64,000 nucleotides of DNA from Casimicrobiaceae bacterium (GTDB lineage: Bacteria; Pseudomonadota; Gammaproteobacteria; Burkholderiales; Casimicrobiaceae). Below, one piece after another: positions 1-9,291 of this stretch. The notes under the pieces were generated by a model. The model was not told the DNA's origin and did not search any database. It saw nothing but the letters and a program-made list of their open reading frames with translations. A program made the translations under genes and the position numbers. How positions within the stretch are numbered: the stretch's first letter is position 1; each line of letters begins with the position of its first letter. Where the stretch lies: NCBI GenBank assembly GCA_035536295.1, contig DATLOI010000127.1, positions 26,493 to 90,492 on the forward strand, written 5' to 3'.

Positions 1-1191
1 AACTACGTGGGTGTCGTGATGCTCGTGCGGGTCATGAACGGCACGTTGAAGCCGCGTGACAAGCTGCTGTTGATGGCCACCGGCGCTGTGCATGGCTGCG
101 AGCAGGTCGGCGTGTTCACGCCGAAGTCGGTCGCGCGCGAATTGCTGTCTGCGGGCGAAGTCGGATTCGTCATCGCCGGAATCAAGGAATTGCCCGACGC
201 GAAAGTCGGTGACACGGTCACTCACGCAGCGAAGCCCGCGGCAGCGGCGCTGCCGGGCTTCAAGGAAGTGAAGCCGCAGGTGTTCGCCGGGCTTTATCCC
301 GTCGAGTCGAATCAATACGAGGCGCTTCGCGATGCGTTGATCAAGCTCAAGTTGAACGACGCATCGCTCCATTTCGAGCCGGAAGTGTCGCAGGCGCTCG
401 GGTTCGGCTTTCGCTGCGGCTTCCTTGGGCTTTTGCACATGGACATCGTGCAAGAGCGCCTCGAGCGCGAATACGACATGGACTTGATCACCACCGCACC
501 GACGGTGATCTATCAACTCCTGCTTCGTGACGCAAGCGTGGTCGACATCGAGAATCCTTCGAAGCTGCCCGATGCGTCGCGCGTCGAGGAGATTCGCGAG
601 CCGATCATTCGCGTGACGATCCTCGTTCCGCAGGATTATGTGGGGCCGGTGCTCACCTTGTGCACCGAGAAGCGCGGCCTGCAAAAGGACATGCAATACC
701 ACGGGCGCCAGGTGGTGCTCACCTACGAGCTGCCGCTTGCCGAAGTCGTGATGGATTTTTTCGATCGGCTCAAAAGCGTGTCGCGCGGTTACGCGTCGAT
801 GGATTACGAGTTCGTGGAATTTCGACCCGCCGATGTTGTGAAGCTCGACATCCTGATCAACGGTGAGCGCGTCGATGCACTGTCGGTCATGGTGCATCGG
901 TCGGTCGCGCAATACCGCGGCCGCGAGGTCGTCGCGAAAATGCGCGGACTGATACCGCGCCAAATGTTCGATGTCGCCATTCAGGCGGCGATCGGCGCGC
1001 AGATCATTGCGCGTGAAACGGTGAAGGCGTTGCGCAAGGACGTGCTTGCCAAGTGCTACGGCGGCGATGTGACGCGCAAGCGCAAGCTCCTGGAAAAGCA
1101 AAAGGCCGGCAAGAAGCGCATGAAATCGGTCGGCAGCGTGGAAATTCCTCAGGAAGCGTTTCTCGCGATTCTGCAGGTCGGGGACAAGTAG
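1..1191 (+). CDS. lepA: Elongation factor 4 (LepA), C-terminal part; 5' end outside the window
   Basis: Frame is open from base 1 (track ORF 7..1191). Translation shows LepA-specific C-terminal blocks ([23 protein letters not shown]; [33 protein letters not shown]). Followed by lepB as usual. Confidence 0.95.
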   Translation, partial: NYVGVVMLVRVMNGTLKPRDKLLLMATGAVHGCEQVGVFTPKSVARELLSAGEVGFVIAGIKELPDAKVGDTVTHAAKPAAAALPGFKEVKPQVFAGLYPVESNQYEALRDALIKLKLNDASLHFEPEVSQALGFGFRCGFLGLLHMDIVQERLEREYDMDLITTAPTVIYQLLLRDASVVDIENPSKLPDASRVEEIREPIIRVTILVPQDYVGPVLTLCTEKRGLQKDMQYHGRQVVLTYELPLAEVVMDFFDRLKSVSRGYASMDYEFVEFRPADVVKLDILINGERVDALSVMVHRSVAQYRGREVVAKMRGLIPRQMFDVAIQAAIGAQIIARETVKALRKDVLAKCYGGDVTRKRKLLEKQKAGKKRMKSVGSVEIPQEAFLAILQVGDK

Positions 1192-1300
1192 GTGTTGCGT
1201 AGTTGCGACGGGCTGCGGATAGCGGGCGCCGAACGACGCTTGAGATGGCCGTCGCTCATGGGACAATTCGCCCGCGTCGCTTCCGCCGCCCGATAACACG

Positions 1301-2224
1301 ATGAATTTCGCGCTGATCCTTTTCTTGCTGACGCTGTTCACCGGCGTCATGTGGTTCGCCGACAAGCTCGTGTTCGCGCGGCGCCGTGAGGCGGATGCGC
1401 GACGCGCGCTTTCGGATTTCGACCTTCGGCGCAGCACCGCGCTCACCAACGGCGATGGCGCGGTGGTTCGAGAGCGAGCGGAGATGGAAGCGCGCCTGAC
1501 GCGCGAGCCGTGGTGGATCGAGTATCCGAAGAGTTTCTTCCCGGTCCTCCTGATCGTCTTTCTGTTGCGCTCGTTTCTCGCCGAGCCGTTTCGTATTCCA
1601 AGCTCGTCGATGCGTCCGACGCTCGTCGTCGGCGATTACATCCTGGTCAACAAGTTTGTCTACGGGCTGCGCCTGCCGATCGTCGAGCGCAAGATCGTTC
1701 CGCTCACCGATCCCAAGCGCGGCGATGTCGTCGTGTTTCGCTATCCGATCAATCCATCGCAGGATTTCATCAAGCGGGTCGTAGGCATGGGAGGAGACCG
1801 CGTCGAATATCGCGACAAGATGGTTTCGGTCAATGGGAAGCCGTTGCCGCAACGGGCCGACGGGAGCTACAGCTATCTCGAGGGCCTTCGCTTCGAAACG
1901 ACCGAGCGGCGGATTGAAAGGACGGCGGATGGCTCGCACGAGTATACGATTGCCGTTCATCCGCAGGCGCCGTCCGTCATGCCAGGCGGCGTACGGTCGT
2001 TCCCGGGACGCGAGAATTGCGACTACAATGACCGCGGCTTCGCATGCACCGTCCCCGCCGGTCACTATTTCATGATGGGCGACAATCGAGACGCGAGCGA
2101 CGACAGCCGTTATTGGGGCTTCGTGCCCGACGATCATATCCGCGGCCGCGCGTTCTTCATCTGGTTCAATTGGGACGACATCGCGAGCTTCTCGTTCCAG
2201 CGCGTCGGCAGCGGGATACGCTGA
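1301..2224 (+). CDS. lepB: Signal peptidase I
   Basis: N-terminal TM segment, catalytic Ser box SSSMRPTLVVGDYILVNKF, and GDNRDASDDSRYWGFVP box. Position after lepA. Confidence 0.95.
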   Translation: MNFALILFLLTLFTGVMWFADKLVFARRREADARRALSDFDLRRSTALTNGDGAVVRERAEMEARLTREPWWIEYPKSFFPVLLIVFLLRSFLAEPFRIPSSSMRPTLVVGDYILVNKFVYGLRLPIVERKIVPLTDPKRGDVVVFRYPINPSQDFIKRVVGMGGDRVEYRDKMVSVNGKPLPQRADGSYSYLEGLRFETTERRIERTADGSHEYTIAVHPQAPSVMPGGVRSFPGRENCDYNDRGFACTVPAGHYFMMGDNRDASDDSRYWGFVPDDHIRGRAFFIWFNWDDIASFSFQRVGSGIR

Positions 2225-2238
2225 GGGGAGATTCGCCA

Positions 2239-2634
2239 ATGCAGTTGTCGAGACAACCGTCGATGGCGCAGTTCGGTCGCGATAGACAGAGCGGCATCAC
2301 GATCTTCGGCTTTCTGATCGTGGCTGCGGTCGTCGTGATCTTCGCGCTGGTGGGATTTCGCGTGCTTCCCGCGTACATCGAATGGATGTCGGTCAAGCGC
2401 GCGCTCGACGACACGATGAAAAGCGGCACGGCGGACGTCAACAATCCGCAGGCCTTTCGCGCCGAGCTCGAGCGCAGGCTGCAGACGAGCTACGTCGAGA
2501 ACGTGAAAGCGCGCGACGCGATTCTGCAGCGCAACGGCGCGCAACTCACCGCCGAGCTGGCGTGGGAGCGGCGGCTGCACATGGTCGGCAACGCGTACAT
2601 CCTCCTCGAGTTCGAGACGACGTCGACCCGGTGA
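2239..2634 (+). CDS. Small membrane protein, DUF4845-like
   Basis: ATG at 2239 preceded by GGGGAG. One TM helix (ITIFGFLIVAAVVVIFALVGF). Conserved lepB-X-rnc position in betaproteobacteria. The upstream part of track ORF 2044..2634 overlaps lepB and is Arg-rich. Confidence 0.7.
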   Translation: MQLSRQPSMAQFGRDRQSGITIFGFLIVAAVVVIFALVGFRVLPAYIEWMSVKRALDDTMKSGTADVNNPQAFRAELERRLQTSYVENVKARDAILQRNGAQLTAELAWERRLHMVGNAYILLEFETTSTR

Positions 2635-2649
2635 CCCTTACTAGCGTGG

Positions 2650-3345
2650 ATGGCAGGTCCTGACGAATTCTCAGCGCGCTTCGGCTACACGTTCCGGCAG
2701 CCTCGCCTAATCGCACAGGCGCTGACGCATCGAAGCTATGGGGCTTCGCACAACGAGCGTCTCGAGTTCGTCGGCGACGCCGTGCTGAATTGCGTCGTCG
2801 CGCTGTCGTTGCACGAGCGCTTTCCCGAGAGTCATGAAGGCGATCTGTCGCGCATGCGCGCAAGCCTTGTCAATCGCGACACGCTTGCCGAAGTCGCGCG
2901 CCGCATCGGCATCGGCGAAGCGATTCGTCTTGGCGAAGGCGAGCACAAAAGCCGCGGCAGCGACCGGCCGTCGATTCTCGCCGACGCGCTCGAGGCGCTT
3001 TATGGCGCAGTGTTCATCGACGGCGGATTCGATGCGGCGAAAAGCATCATCGACAGTACCTTTGGTCAGGTGTTGCGCGATGCCGATCCGCAGGCGCTCG
3101 GCAAGGACGCCAAGACGCGCTTGCAGGAATGGTTGCAAGCGCGAAGGATTCCGGTTCCTGAATATCGCGTGGCCGAAGTGAGCGGCGAGGCGCACGCGCA
3201 GACGTTCAGCGTCGAATGCAGCATTGCCTCGCTCGGAATTGCGACGCGCGGTGAAGGATCGAGCCGGCGCACGGCGGAGCAGGCAGCAGCCGCCGCCGCG
3301 TACGCTGCTGTGACTGCGTCGAAGTTTTCGCCGTCATCGTCGTGA
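2650..3345 (+). CDS. rnc: Ribonuclease III
   Basis: RNase III signature NERLEFVGDAVLN, THRSYG motif, C-terminal dsRBD-like region. Confidence 0.95.
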   Translation: MAGPDEFSARFGYTFRQPRLIAQALTHRSYGASHNERLEFVGDAVLNCVVALSLHERFPESHEGDLSRMRASLVNRDTLAEVARRIGIGEAIRLGEGEHKSRGSDRPSILADALEALYGAVFIDGGFDAAKSIIDSTFGQVLRDADPQALGKDAKTRLQEWLQARRIPVPEYRVAEVSGEAHAQTFSVECSIASLGIATRGEGSSRRTAEQAAAAAAYAAVTASKFSPSSS

Positions 3346-4238
3346 GCGGGGCAACGACTTCCGCGCATCGCTGTGGTCATGTCGCGATCGTCGGACGACC
3401 GAACGTCGGAAAGTCGACGCTTCTCAACGCACTGGTCGGCCACAAGCTGTCGATCACGTCGAAAAGGCCGCAGACGACGCGCCATCGGATCAGCGCAGTG
3501 CTGAGCGAGCCGCAACGCCAGTTCATTTTCGTCGACACTCCGGGTTTTCAGACGCGCCATCATTCGCTGTTGAACGATCGCCTCAATCGCACGGTGCGCG
3601 ACGGCCTCGTCGACGTCGACGTGATCGTGTGGGTGATCGACGCGGCGAAGCTCGCGCAGGCCGACCGAGCGGTGCTGGACTTGGCGCCTGCCCATGCGCG
3701 CGTTGTCGCGGTCCTGAACAAGGTCGATGCGCTTTCGGATCGCAATGAACTGCTGCCGTTGCTTGCGCGCATCGCGGCGCTTCGCGAGTTTGCGGCAATC
3801 GTGCCCGTATCCGCTGAAAAGAACATTCAGCTCGATGCGCTCAAGGAGGAGATCGCAAAGCTGCTGCCGGAAAGCGGCCCGCTCTTCGCCGATGACCAAC
3901 TCACCGATCGCGACGAGCGCTTTCTGGCCGCCGAATTCGTGCGCGAAAAAGTGTTTCGCCTCGTTGGCGACGAGATCCCTTACGCCACGACGGTCACGAT
4001 CGACAAGTTCGAGCAGGAAGGCGCATTGCGGCGAATCTTTGCGAGCATTCTGGTCGATAGAGCTTCGCAACGGGCGATCCTGCTCGGCGACAAAGGCGAG
4101 CGCATGAAATCGATTTCGATGTCAGCGCGGCGCGATCTCGAGGAGCTGTTCGGCGGCCCGGTGTATCTGGAAGTGTGGGTGCGCGTGAAAAGAGGCTGGG
4201 CGAGCGACGCGGCGACGCTCACTCGCCTGGGCTTCTGA
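3342..4238 (+). CDS. era: GTPase Era
   Basis: GTG start overlaps the rnc stop (GTGA). G1 motif GRPNVGKSTLLN, DTPG, NKVD, C-terminal KH domain. Confidence 0.95.
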   Translation: MSGATTSAHRCGHVAIVGRPNVGKSTLLNALVGHKLSITSKRPQTTRHRISAVLSEPQRQFIFVDTPGFQTRHHSLLNDRLNRTVRDGLVDVDVIVWVIDAAKLAQADRAVLDLAPAHARVVAVLNKVDALSDRNELLPLLARIAALREFAAIVPVSAEKNIQLDALKEEIAKLLPESGPLFADDQLTDRDERFLAAEFVREKVFRLVGDEIPYATTVTIDKFEQEGALRRIFASILVDRASQRAILLGDKGERMKSISMSARRDLEELFGGPVYLEVWVRVKRGWASDAATLTRLGF

Positions 4239-4246
4239 CTTTAACG

Positions 4247-5008
4247 ATGGGTACGCGGGCGCTTTCCGAACGGCACGACGATCAGCCCGCGTACGTGCTG
4301 CACGCCTACGCGTACAAGGAAACGAGCCTTATCGTCGAAGCGTTCGTGCGCGAATTCGGACGTGTTGGATTGGTCGCCAAAGGCGCGAAGCGTCCGCGCT
4401 CCGAGATGCGCGGCCTGTTGCAGGCGTTTCAGCCGCTCGCGCTTTCGTGGGGCGGCACGACGGAGTTGAAGACGCTCGTCAAAGCGGAGTGGCGCGGCGG
4501 GATGGCGCGACCCGCCGGGCGGGCGCTGATGTCGGCGTTCTATTTGAACGAGCTCGTATTGAAGCTGCTGGCACGGGAGGATCCGCATCCCAGGCTGTGG
4601 GACGAATACGAAAACGCGCTGGCATTGCTTTCGCACGATGCATCGGCGTCGGCACAAGCGACGACGTTACGCAATTTCGAGCTGCGTTTGTTGACCGAGC
4701 TCGGTTACGCGCTGCCGCTCGACCTCGAGGCCGGCGGGGGCGCGATCGATCCAACGACGCGCTACCATTACGCGTTCGACAAAGGCGCGCATCGCGTTGC
4801 GGCCGAGCCCGGCGCGCGCTGGCCCATCGTGCGCGGCGCAACGCTGATCGCGCTCGCACAATCACGTTACCCCGATACCGAAACCGCCGCCGAAGCGAAG
4901 CGACTGATGCGCGAGATACTCGACCACTATCTGGAATCACGCCGCATCGAAAGCCGGCGCATCGCGGCCGATCTTGCTGCGCTTGACGATGAATCGAACC
5001 GCGAATGA
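4247..5008 (+). CDS. recO: DNA repair protein RecO
   Basis: ATG at 4247 gives the typical RecO N-terminus (QPAYVLHAYAYKETSLIVEAFVREFGRVGLVAKGAKRPRS). era-recO-pdxJ synteny. Confidence 0.9.
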   Translation: MGTRALSERHDDQPAYVLHAYAYKETSLIVEAFVREFGRVGLVAKGAKRPRSEMRGLLQAFQPLALSWGGTTELKTLVKAEWRGGMARPAGRALMSAFYLNELVLKLLAREDPHPRLWDEYENALALLSHDASASAQATTLRNFELRLLTELGYALPLDLEAGGGAIDPTTRYHYAFDKGAHRVAAEPGARWPIVRGATLIALAQSRYPDTETAAEAKRLMREILDHYLESRRIESRRIAADLAALDDESNRE

Positions 5009-5766
5009 ACATGATCGAGCTCGGTGTCAACATCGATCACGTCGCCACTGTCCGGCAGGCGCGTTGCACCTGGGAGCCTGATCCCGTGTGGGCTGCCGTC
5101 GAAGCGCATCTCGGTGGCGCCGATGGGATCACTGTGCATCTGCGCGAAGACCGACGGCACATTCAGGACGAGGACGTGCGGCGCTTGCGCGATCTGACCC
5201 ACATCAAGCTCAATCTGGAAATGGCGGCAAGCGATGAGATGGTCGACATCGCCGTGAAGTTGAAGCCCGAGATGGCGATGCTGGTGCCCGAAGGTCGGCA
5301 GGAAGTCACGACCGAAGGCGGACTCGATGTCCTCGCGCATGAAAACAAGCTCGCGCCGACGGTGAAGCGTCTCGCGCAAGCCGGCATCATGACCAGCGTG
5401 TTCATCAATGCCGATGTCCGCCAAGTCGAGGCGGCGTCGCGCATCGGCGCGCGCGTATGTGAAGTGCACACCGGTCCGTACGCGCACGCGTTTCACGCGC
5501 GCGGACGCGATCCCGAGAGCGAAGCGGTGGTTGCCGAGCTCGACAAGATTCGCGTGGCGGGTGATGCGATTCGCTCGCTGGGCATGCGCTTCAACGCGGG
5601 CCATGCGCTCAACTATTTCAACGTTCAGCCGGTGGCTGCGCTCTTTGGCGTGCGCGAGCTTCACATCGGACACGCAATCGTCGCGCGCTCGATTTTCATC
5701 GGCTTGCGAGAGGCGGTGCGCGAGATGAAGCGCTTGATGCGCGAAGCCGCGCAGGCGCGCGGGTGA
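5005..5766 (+). CDS. pdxJ: Pyridoxine 5'-phosphate synthase
   Basis: ATGA overlap with the recO stop. LGVNIDHVATVRQAR and HLREDRRHI motifs. Confidence 0.95.
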   Translation: MNMIELGVNIDHVATVRQARCTWEPDPVWAAVEAHLGGADGITVHLREDRRHIQDEDVRRLRDLTHIKLNLEMAASDEMVDIAVKLKPEMAMLVPEGRQEVTTEGGLDVLAHENKLAPTVKRLAQAGIMTSVFINADVRQVEAASRIGARVCEVHTGPYAHAFHARGRDPESEAVVAELDKIRVAGDAIRSLGMRFNAGHALNYFNVQPVAALFGVRELHIGHAIVARSIFIGLREAVREMKRLMREAAQARG

Positions 5767-6746
5767 TGCGCGCTCAGCTGCCGCGCGGTCCGGTGATGCT
5801 GGGAATCGAGGGAACTGCGCTTGCGGAAGCGGACGTCGCTCGCCTGTCGCATCCGTTGGTCGGTGGCGTCATCCTGTTCACGCGCAATTTCATCGACACG
5901 GCGCAACTCACCGCGTTGACGGAAGCGATCCGCGCGTTGCGCACTCCCCATCTTGTGATTGCAGTCGATCATGAAGGCGGTCGCGTGCAGCGCTTTCGCG
6001 ACGGCTTCACGTGTCCAAGGCCGATGCGAACGCTCGGCGAGCTATGGGACCGCGATGTCGCGGCAGCGCAAAGAGAGGCGGCGAAAGTCGGCTGGACGAT
6101 TGCGTCCGAGCTCCGCTCGCACGGCGTCGACTTGTCGTTCACGCCGGTGCTCGATCTGGATTACGGCGCGAGCACGATCATCGGCGACCGCGCTTTGCAT
6201 CGCAATCCGAACGCGGTCGCGCATCTTGCGTCGGCGTTGCGGCGCGGACTCGCGGCGGGTGGCATGGCTGCCTGTGGCAAGCACTTTCCCGGACATGGCT
6301 GTATTGCGGCCGATTCGCACTCCGAGTTGCCTGTCGACAATCGTTCGCTCGAGGACATCACGATCGACGATCTCGTTCCCTTCGCGGCGCTCGTTCACGA
6401 AGGACTCGAAGCGGTGATGGCGGCGCACGTCGTGTATCCCGCTGTCGATTCCGCTCCTGCAGGTTACTCGCGCATCTGGTGCACGACGATTCTGCGCGAG
6501 CGCCTGGGCTTCGATGGACTCATTTTCTCCGACGATCTCGGAATGGCGGGGGCGCATGCCGCCGGGGACATCGTGGCGCGCGCGCATGCCGTGATTGCCG
6601 CGGGATGCGATATCGCGCTCACGTGCAATGAAATGGATGCCGCCGATGATTTGCTCGCGCGCTGGAAGCCCCCTACGCAACCGGAGCTGGCGCGCCGCTG
6701 GGCGCGTATCGAAGGAAGGGCGGGGGGTGAGCGGCCGTCTCTCTAA
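5763..6746 (+). CDS. nagZ: Beta-N-acetylhexosaminidase (peptidoglycan recycling)
   Basis: GH3 NagZ blocks (VGGVILFTRNF, AVDHEGGRVQRF, KHFPGHG). Start is GTG 5763 or ATG 5766, overlapping the pdxJ stop. Confidence 0.9.
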   Translation: MMRAQLPRGPVMLGIEGTALAEADVARLSHPLVGGVILFTRNFIDTAQLTALTEAIRALRTPHLVIAVDHEGGRVQRFRDGFTCPRPMRTLGELWDRDVAAAQREAAKVGWTIASELRSHGVDLSFTPVLDLDYGASTIIGDRALHRNPNAVAHLASALRRGLAAGGMAACGKHFPGHGCIAADSHSELPVDNRSLEDITIDDLVPFAALVHEGLEAVMAAHVVYPAVDSAPAGYSRIWCTTILRERLGFDGLIFSDDLGMAGAHAAGDIVARAHAVIAAGCDIALTCNEMDAADDLLARWKPPTQPELARRWARIEGRAGGERPSL

Positions 6747-7591
6747 TAGGGATGCGGCCAGCGTCCGCCGAGTCGGCGCGAAATTTCCTCGGCGATATGC
6801 GCGACGATCGGCCCCAGCTGCTTGATGCGAGCATCGGGCAGGCGCGACACCGGTCCCGCGAGCGAAATCGCCCCAAGTCCTTCGCCATGCTCGTCGTAGA
6901 TCGCGCTCGCGACGCAGCGCGTACCCATGAGATGCTCTTCGTCATCGAACGAATAGCCGCGCTGTCGGATCACGCGAAGGCTCGCCCACATCGTTTCGGG
7001 CGAGGTGATCGTGTTCTCGGTGATGCGCGGCAATCCGCGCACTTTGAGAATCGCGTCGATCTGCTCGTCGGGCAGCGTCGCGAAAATTGCCTTGCCCACC
7101 CCCGACGCATGCAGCGGAACGCGGCTGCCGAGTCGCACGATCGTGCGCATCGTCTCGTGGCATTGCACCTGATCGATGAACACCGCGTCGGTGCCGTCGA
7201 GAATCGCGAGGTTCGCGGTTTCGCCCGCCTGCTCCATCAGCCGGCGCATTCCAGGATGGCTTTGCGCGACCCAGTCGCGGGCGGTCAAAAAGCTCGAGCC
7301 GACGGTAAATGATTGAAGGCCGACATACCAAAGACCCAGGTCACCCGCCTGAAAGACGTAGCCCATTTTTTCGAGCGTCGCCAACAGCCGATGCGCAGTC
7401 GAGGGGGCCAGGCCGACGCGTTGGGCGACATCGGTCAGCGAAAGTCCGGAACCTGCACGCGCGATCGTCTCGAGAATCGACAGCCCGCGCGTCAGGCTTT
7501 GCACCTGAGCGGTGCCAACACCCGGTTTGCTCGGCGTGCGACCGCGCCGGGGTGTGGTCGTGAAGCGATACGGCGCGTCGCGACTCGTCAC
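6743..7591 (-). CDS. IclR-family transcriptional regulator
   Basis: N-terminal wHTH (VQSLTRGLSILETIARAGSGLSLTDVAQRVGLAPSTAHRLLATLEKMGYV) plus C-terminal IclR effector domain. Its stop codon overlaps the nagZ stop. Divergent from the TRAP genes. Exact start uncertain (GTG at 7591). Confidence 0.85.
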   Translation of the reverse strand: MTSRDAPYRFTTTPRRGRTPSKPGVGTAQVQSLTRGLSILETIARAGSGLSLTDVAQRVGLAPSTAHRLLATLEKMGYVFQAGDLGLWYVGLQSFTVGSSFLTARDWVAQSHPGMRRLMEQAGETANLAILDGTDAVFIDQVQCHETMRTIVRLGSRVPLHASGVGKAIFATLPDEQIDAILKVRGLPRITENTITSPETMWASLRVIRQRGYSFDDEEHLMGTRCVASAIYDEHGEGLGAISLAGPVSRLPDARIKQLGPIVAHIAEEISRRLGGRWPHPY

Positions 7592-7692
7592 GTCAAATGT
7601 TGCTAAGGTTCATGGTGTAGGACATCATACAGCCCGTCGTTTACACTCGTTGTTTGTCAGTCATCGATCGAATGACCCGGAGGAGGTGAAGC

Positions 7693-8691
7693 ATGCAAGG
7701 CAAACGTCGTGAATTCGTGAAGTCGTCGGCGGCACTGGTCGCGGCTGCGTCGCTCGGGCCGCTCACGCCCGCCTACGCGCAACAGAAGGTGGTGTGGAAA
7801 GCGTCGGACGTGCATCCGCTAGGCTATCCGACGGTCGAAGCGATCGTGCGGATGGGCAACAAGCTCGAGAAGGAAACCAACGGGCGCATCTCGATCCAGA
7901 TGTTCCCGCTGATGCAGCTCGGCGGCGAGAAGGAGATGATCGAGCAGGCGCAGGTCGGCGCGCTGCAGATCGCGCGCATCTCGGTCGGCGCGATGGGACC
8001 GGTCGTCGACGATCTCAACGTCTTCAATCTGCCGTTCATCTTTCGCGACGAAGCGCATATGCGCAAAGTCATCGACGGCCCGATCGGACAAGAGCTCCTC
8101 GAGCGCGTCACCGCATCGCCGCAGTCGCGCCTCGTCGTGCTCGGATGGATGGACGCCGGAACGCGCAACGTTTACTCGAACAAGCCGGTCACCAAGCCCG
8201 CCGACCTCAAGGGCATGAAAATCCGGATGATGGGCAATCCGCTTTTCGTCGAGACGATGAACGCGATGGGCGGTAACGGCATCTCGATGGGCTTCAACGA
8301 GCTTTATGGCGCGCTGCAGACCGGCGTCGTCGATGGCGCGGAAAACAATCCGCCGACATTGCTTGCGCAGAATCACTATACGGTCAGCAAGGTGTACAGC
8401 CTGACCGGTCACCTCATCATTCCCGAGATCTTCGTGTTCAGCCGGCGCACGTGGGACGCATTGTCGAAGGAAGATCAGGCGCTGGTGCGCAAGCTCTCGC
8501 GCGAGGCGCAGTTGGAACAACGCGAGCTTTGGGACAAGTACACTTCCGACGCGGAAGCGAAGCTCAAGGCCGCGGGTGTGCAGTTCGTGCAGGCGGACAA
8601 GGCGGCTTTCTATACGGCAACGCAGCCGATCCGCGAAAAATACGGCTCCAAATACGCCGCACTTCTAAAGCGCATCGAAGAAACGAAATAG
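7693..8691 (+). CDS. TRAP transporter substrate-binding protein (DctP family)
   Basis: GGAGGAGG Shine-Dalgarno before the ATG. Tat-like signal (RREFVKSSAALVAAASL). DctP-family sequence. Followed by the Q and M components. Confidence 0.9.
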   Translation: MQGKRREFVKSSAALVAAASLGPLTPAYAQQKVVWKASDVHPLGYPTVEAIVRMGNKLEKETNGRISIQMFPLMQLGGEKEMIEQAQVGALQIARISVGAMGPVVDDLNVFNLPFIFRDEAHMRKVIDGPIGQELLERVTASPQSRLVVLGWMDAGTRNVYSNKPVTKPADLKGMKIRMMGNPLFVETMNAMGGNGISMGFNELYGALQTGVVDGAENNPPTLLAQNHYTVSKVYSLTGHLIIPEIFVFSRRTWDALSKEDQALVRKLSREAQLEQRELWDKYTSDAEAKLKAAGVQFVQADKAAFYTATQPIREKYGSKYAALLKRIEETK

Positions 8692-8710
8692 TCCACGCTA
8701 GTCGACAAGT

Positions 8711-8748
8711 GGCACGCGTCGCACACCCACGACGCGTGCCTTTTTTTT
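8711..8748 (+). terminator. Intrinsic terminator/attenuator between TRAP binding-protein and permease genes
   Basis: Perfect 11-bp stem GGCACGCGTCG (8711-8721) / CGACGCGTGCC (8730-8740), 8-nt loop, then T8 (8741-8748). Confidence 0.7.
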
Positions 8749-8761
8749 CAACGGAGCCGAC

Positions 8762-9289
8762 ATGACGCACGCGCAACAGGCCTATCAGCGCGCGATGGAA
8801 CGCTTGTATCTTGTCTGCGTGATCATCTCCGGCGTGGCGCTCGTCGCCATCACGCTCATCATCCCACTCGGCGTGTTCATGCGCTACGTTCTGAACAGGG
8901 CTCTGTCATGGCCCGAGCCGGCCTCGGTGATCATGATGGTGATCTTCTCGTTTGTAGGCGGCTCCGCGGTTTATCGCGCAAACGTTCATATCGCGGTCGA
9001 AGCGTTGCTGAATGCGGTCGGCCCGTCGACACGCCGCGCGATGCTGCAAGGCGTGAACGTGTGCATGGCCGCGATCACGCTGTTCATGCTGGTCTACGGC
9101 ATTTATCTTTGCATCGTCGTACAGAACTCGACGATTGCGGAGTTTCCGTGGCTGTCGGTGGCGTTCGTCTACGCGCCGATTCCGATCGCGGGCTTGTTGA
9201 CGCTGCTGTTTTTGATCGAGCGCGTGTGGGTCGGTGATCCGCCCAAGACGTCGATCATGTATTCCGATCAGGCGGCGGAGCTCGAATAA
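8762..9289 (+). CDS. TRAP transporter small permease (DctQ family)
   Basis: 175 aa with four hydrophobic segments. Sits between the DctP- and DctM-type genes. Confidence 0.85.
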   Translation: MTHAQQAYQRAMERLYLVCVIISGVALVAITLIIPLGVFMRYVLNRALSWPEPASVIMMVIFSFVGGSAVYRANVHIAVEALLNAVGPSTRRAMLQGVNVCMAAITLFMLVYGIYLCIVVQNSTIAEFPWLSVAFVYAPIPIAGLLTLLFLIERVWVGDPPKTSIMYSDQAAELE

Positions 9290-9291
9290 CG

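Noticed and set aside
1256-2239. 327-aa ORF antisense to lepB
   Set aside because: It lies fully opposite a gene with unmistakable signal-peptidase motifs. The translation is Arg/Ala/Asp-rich with no recognisable domain. This is a typical GC-rich antisense artefact.
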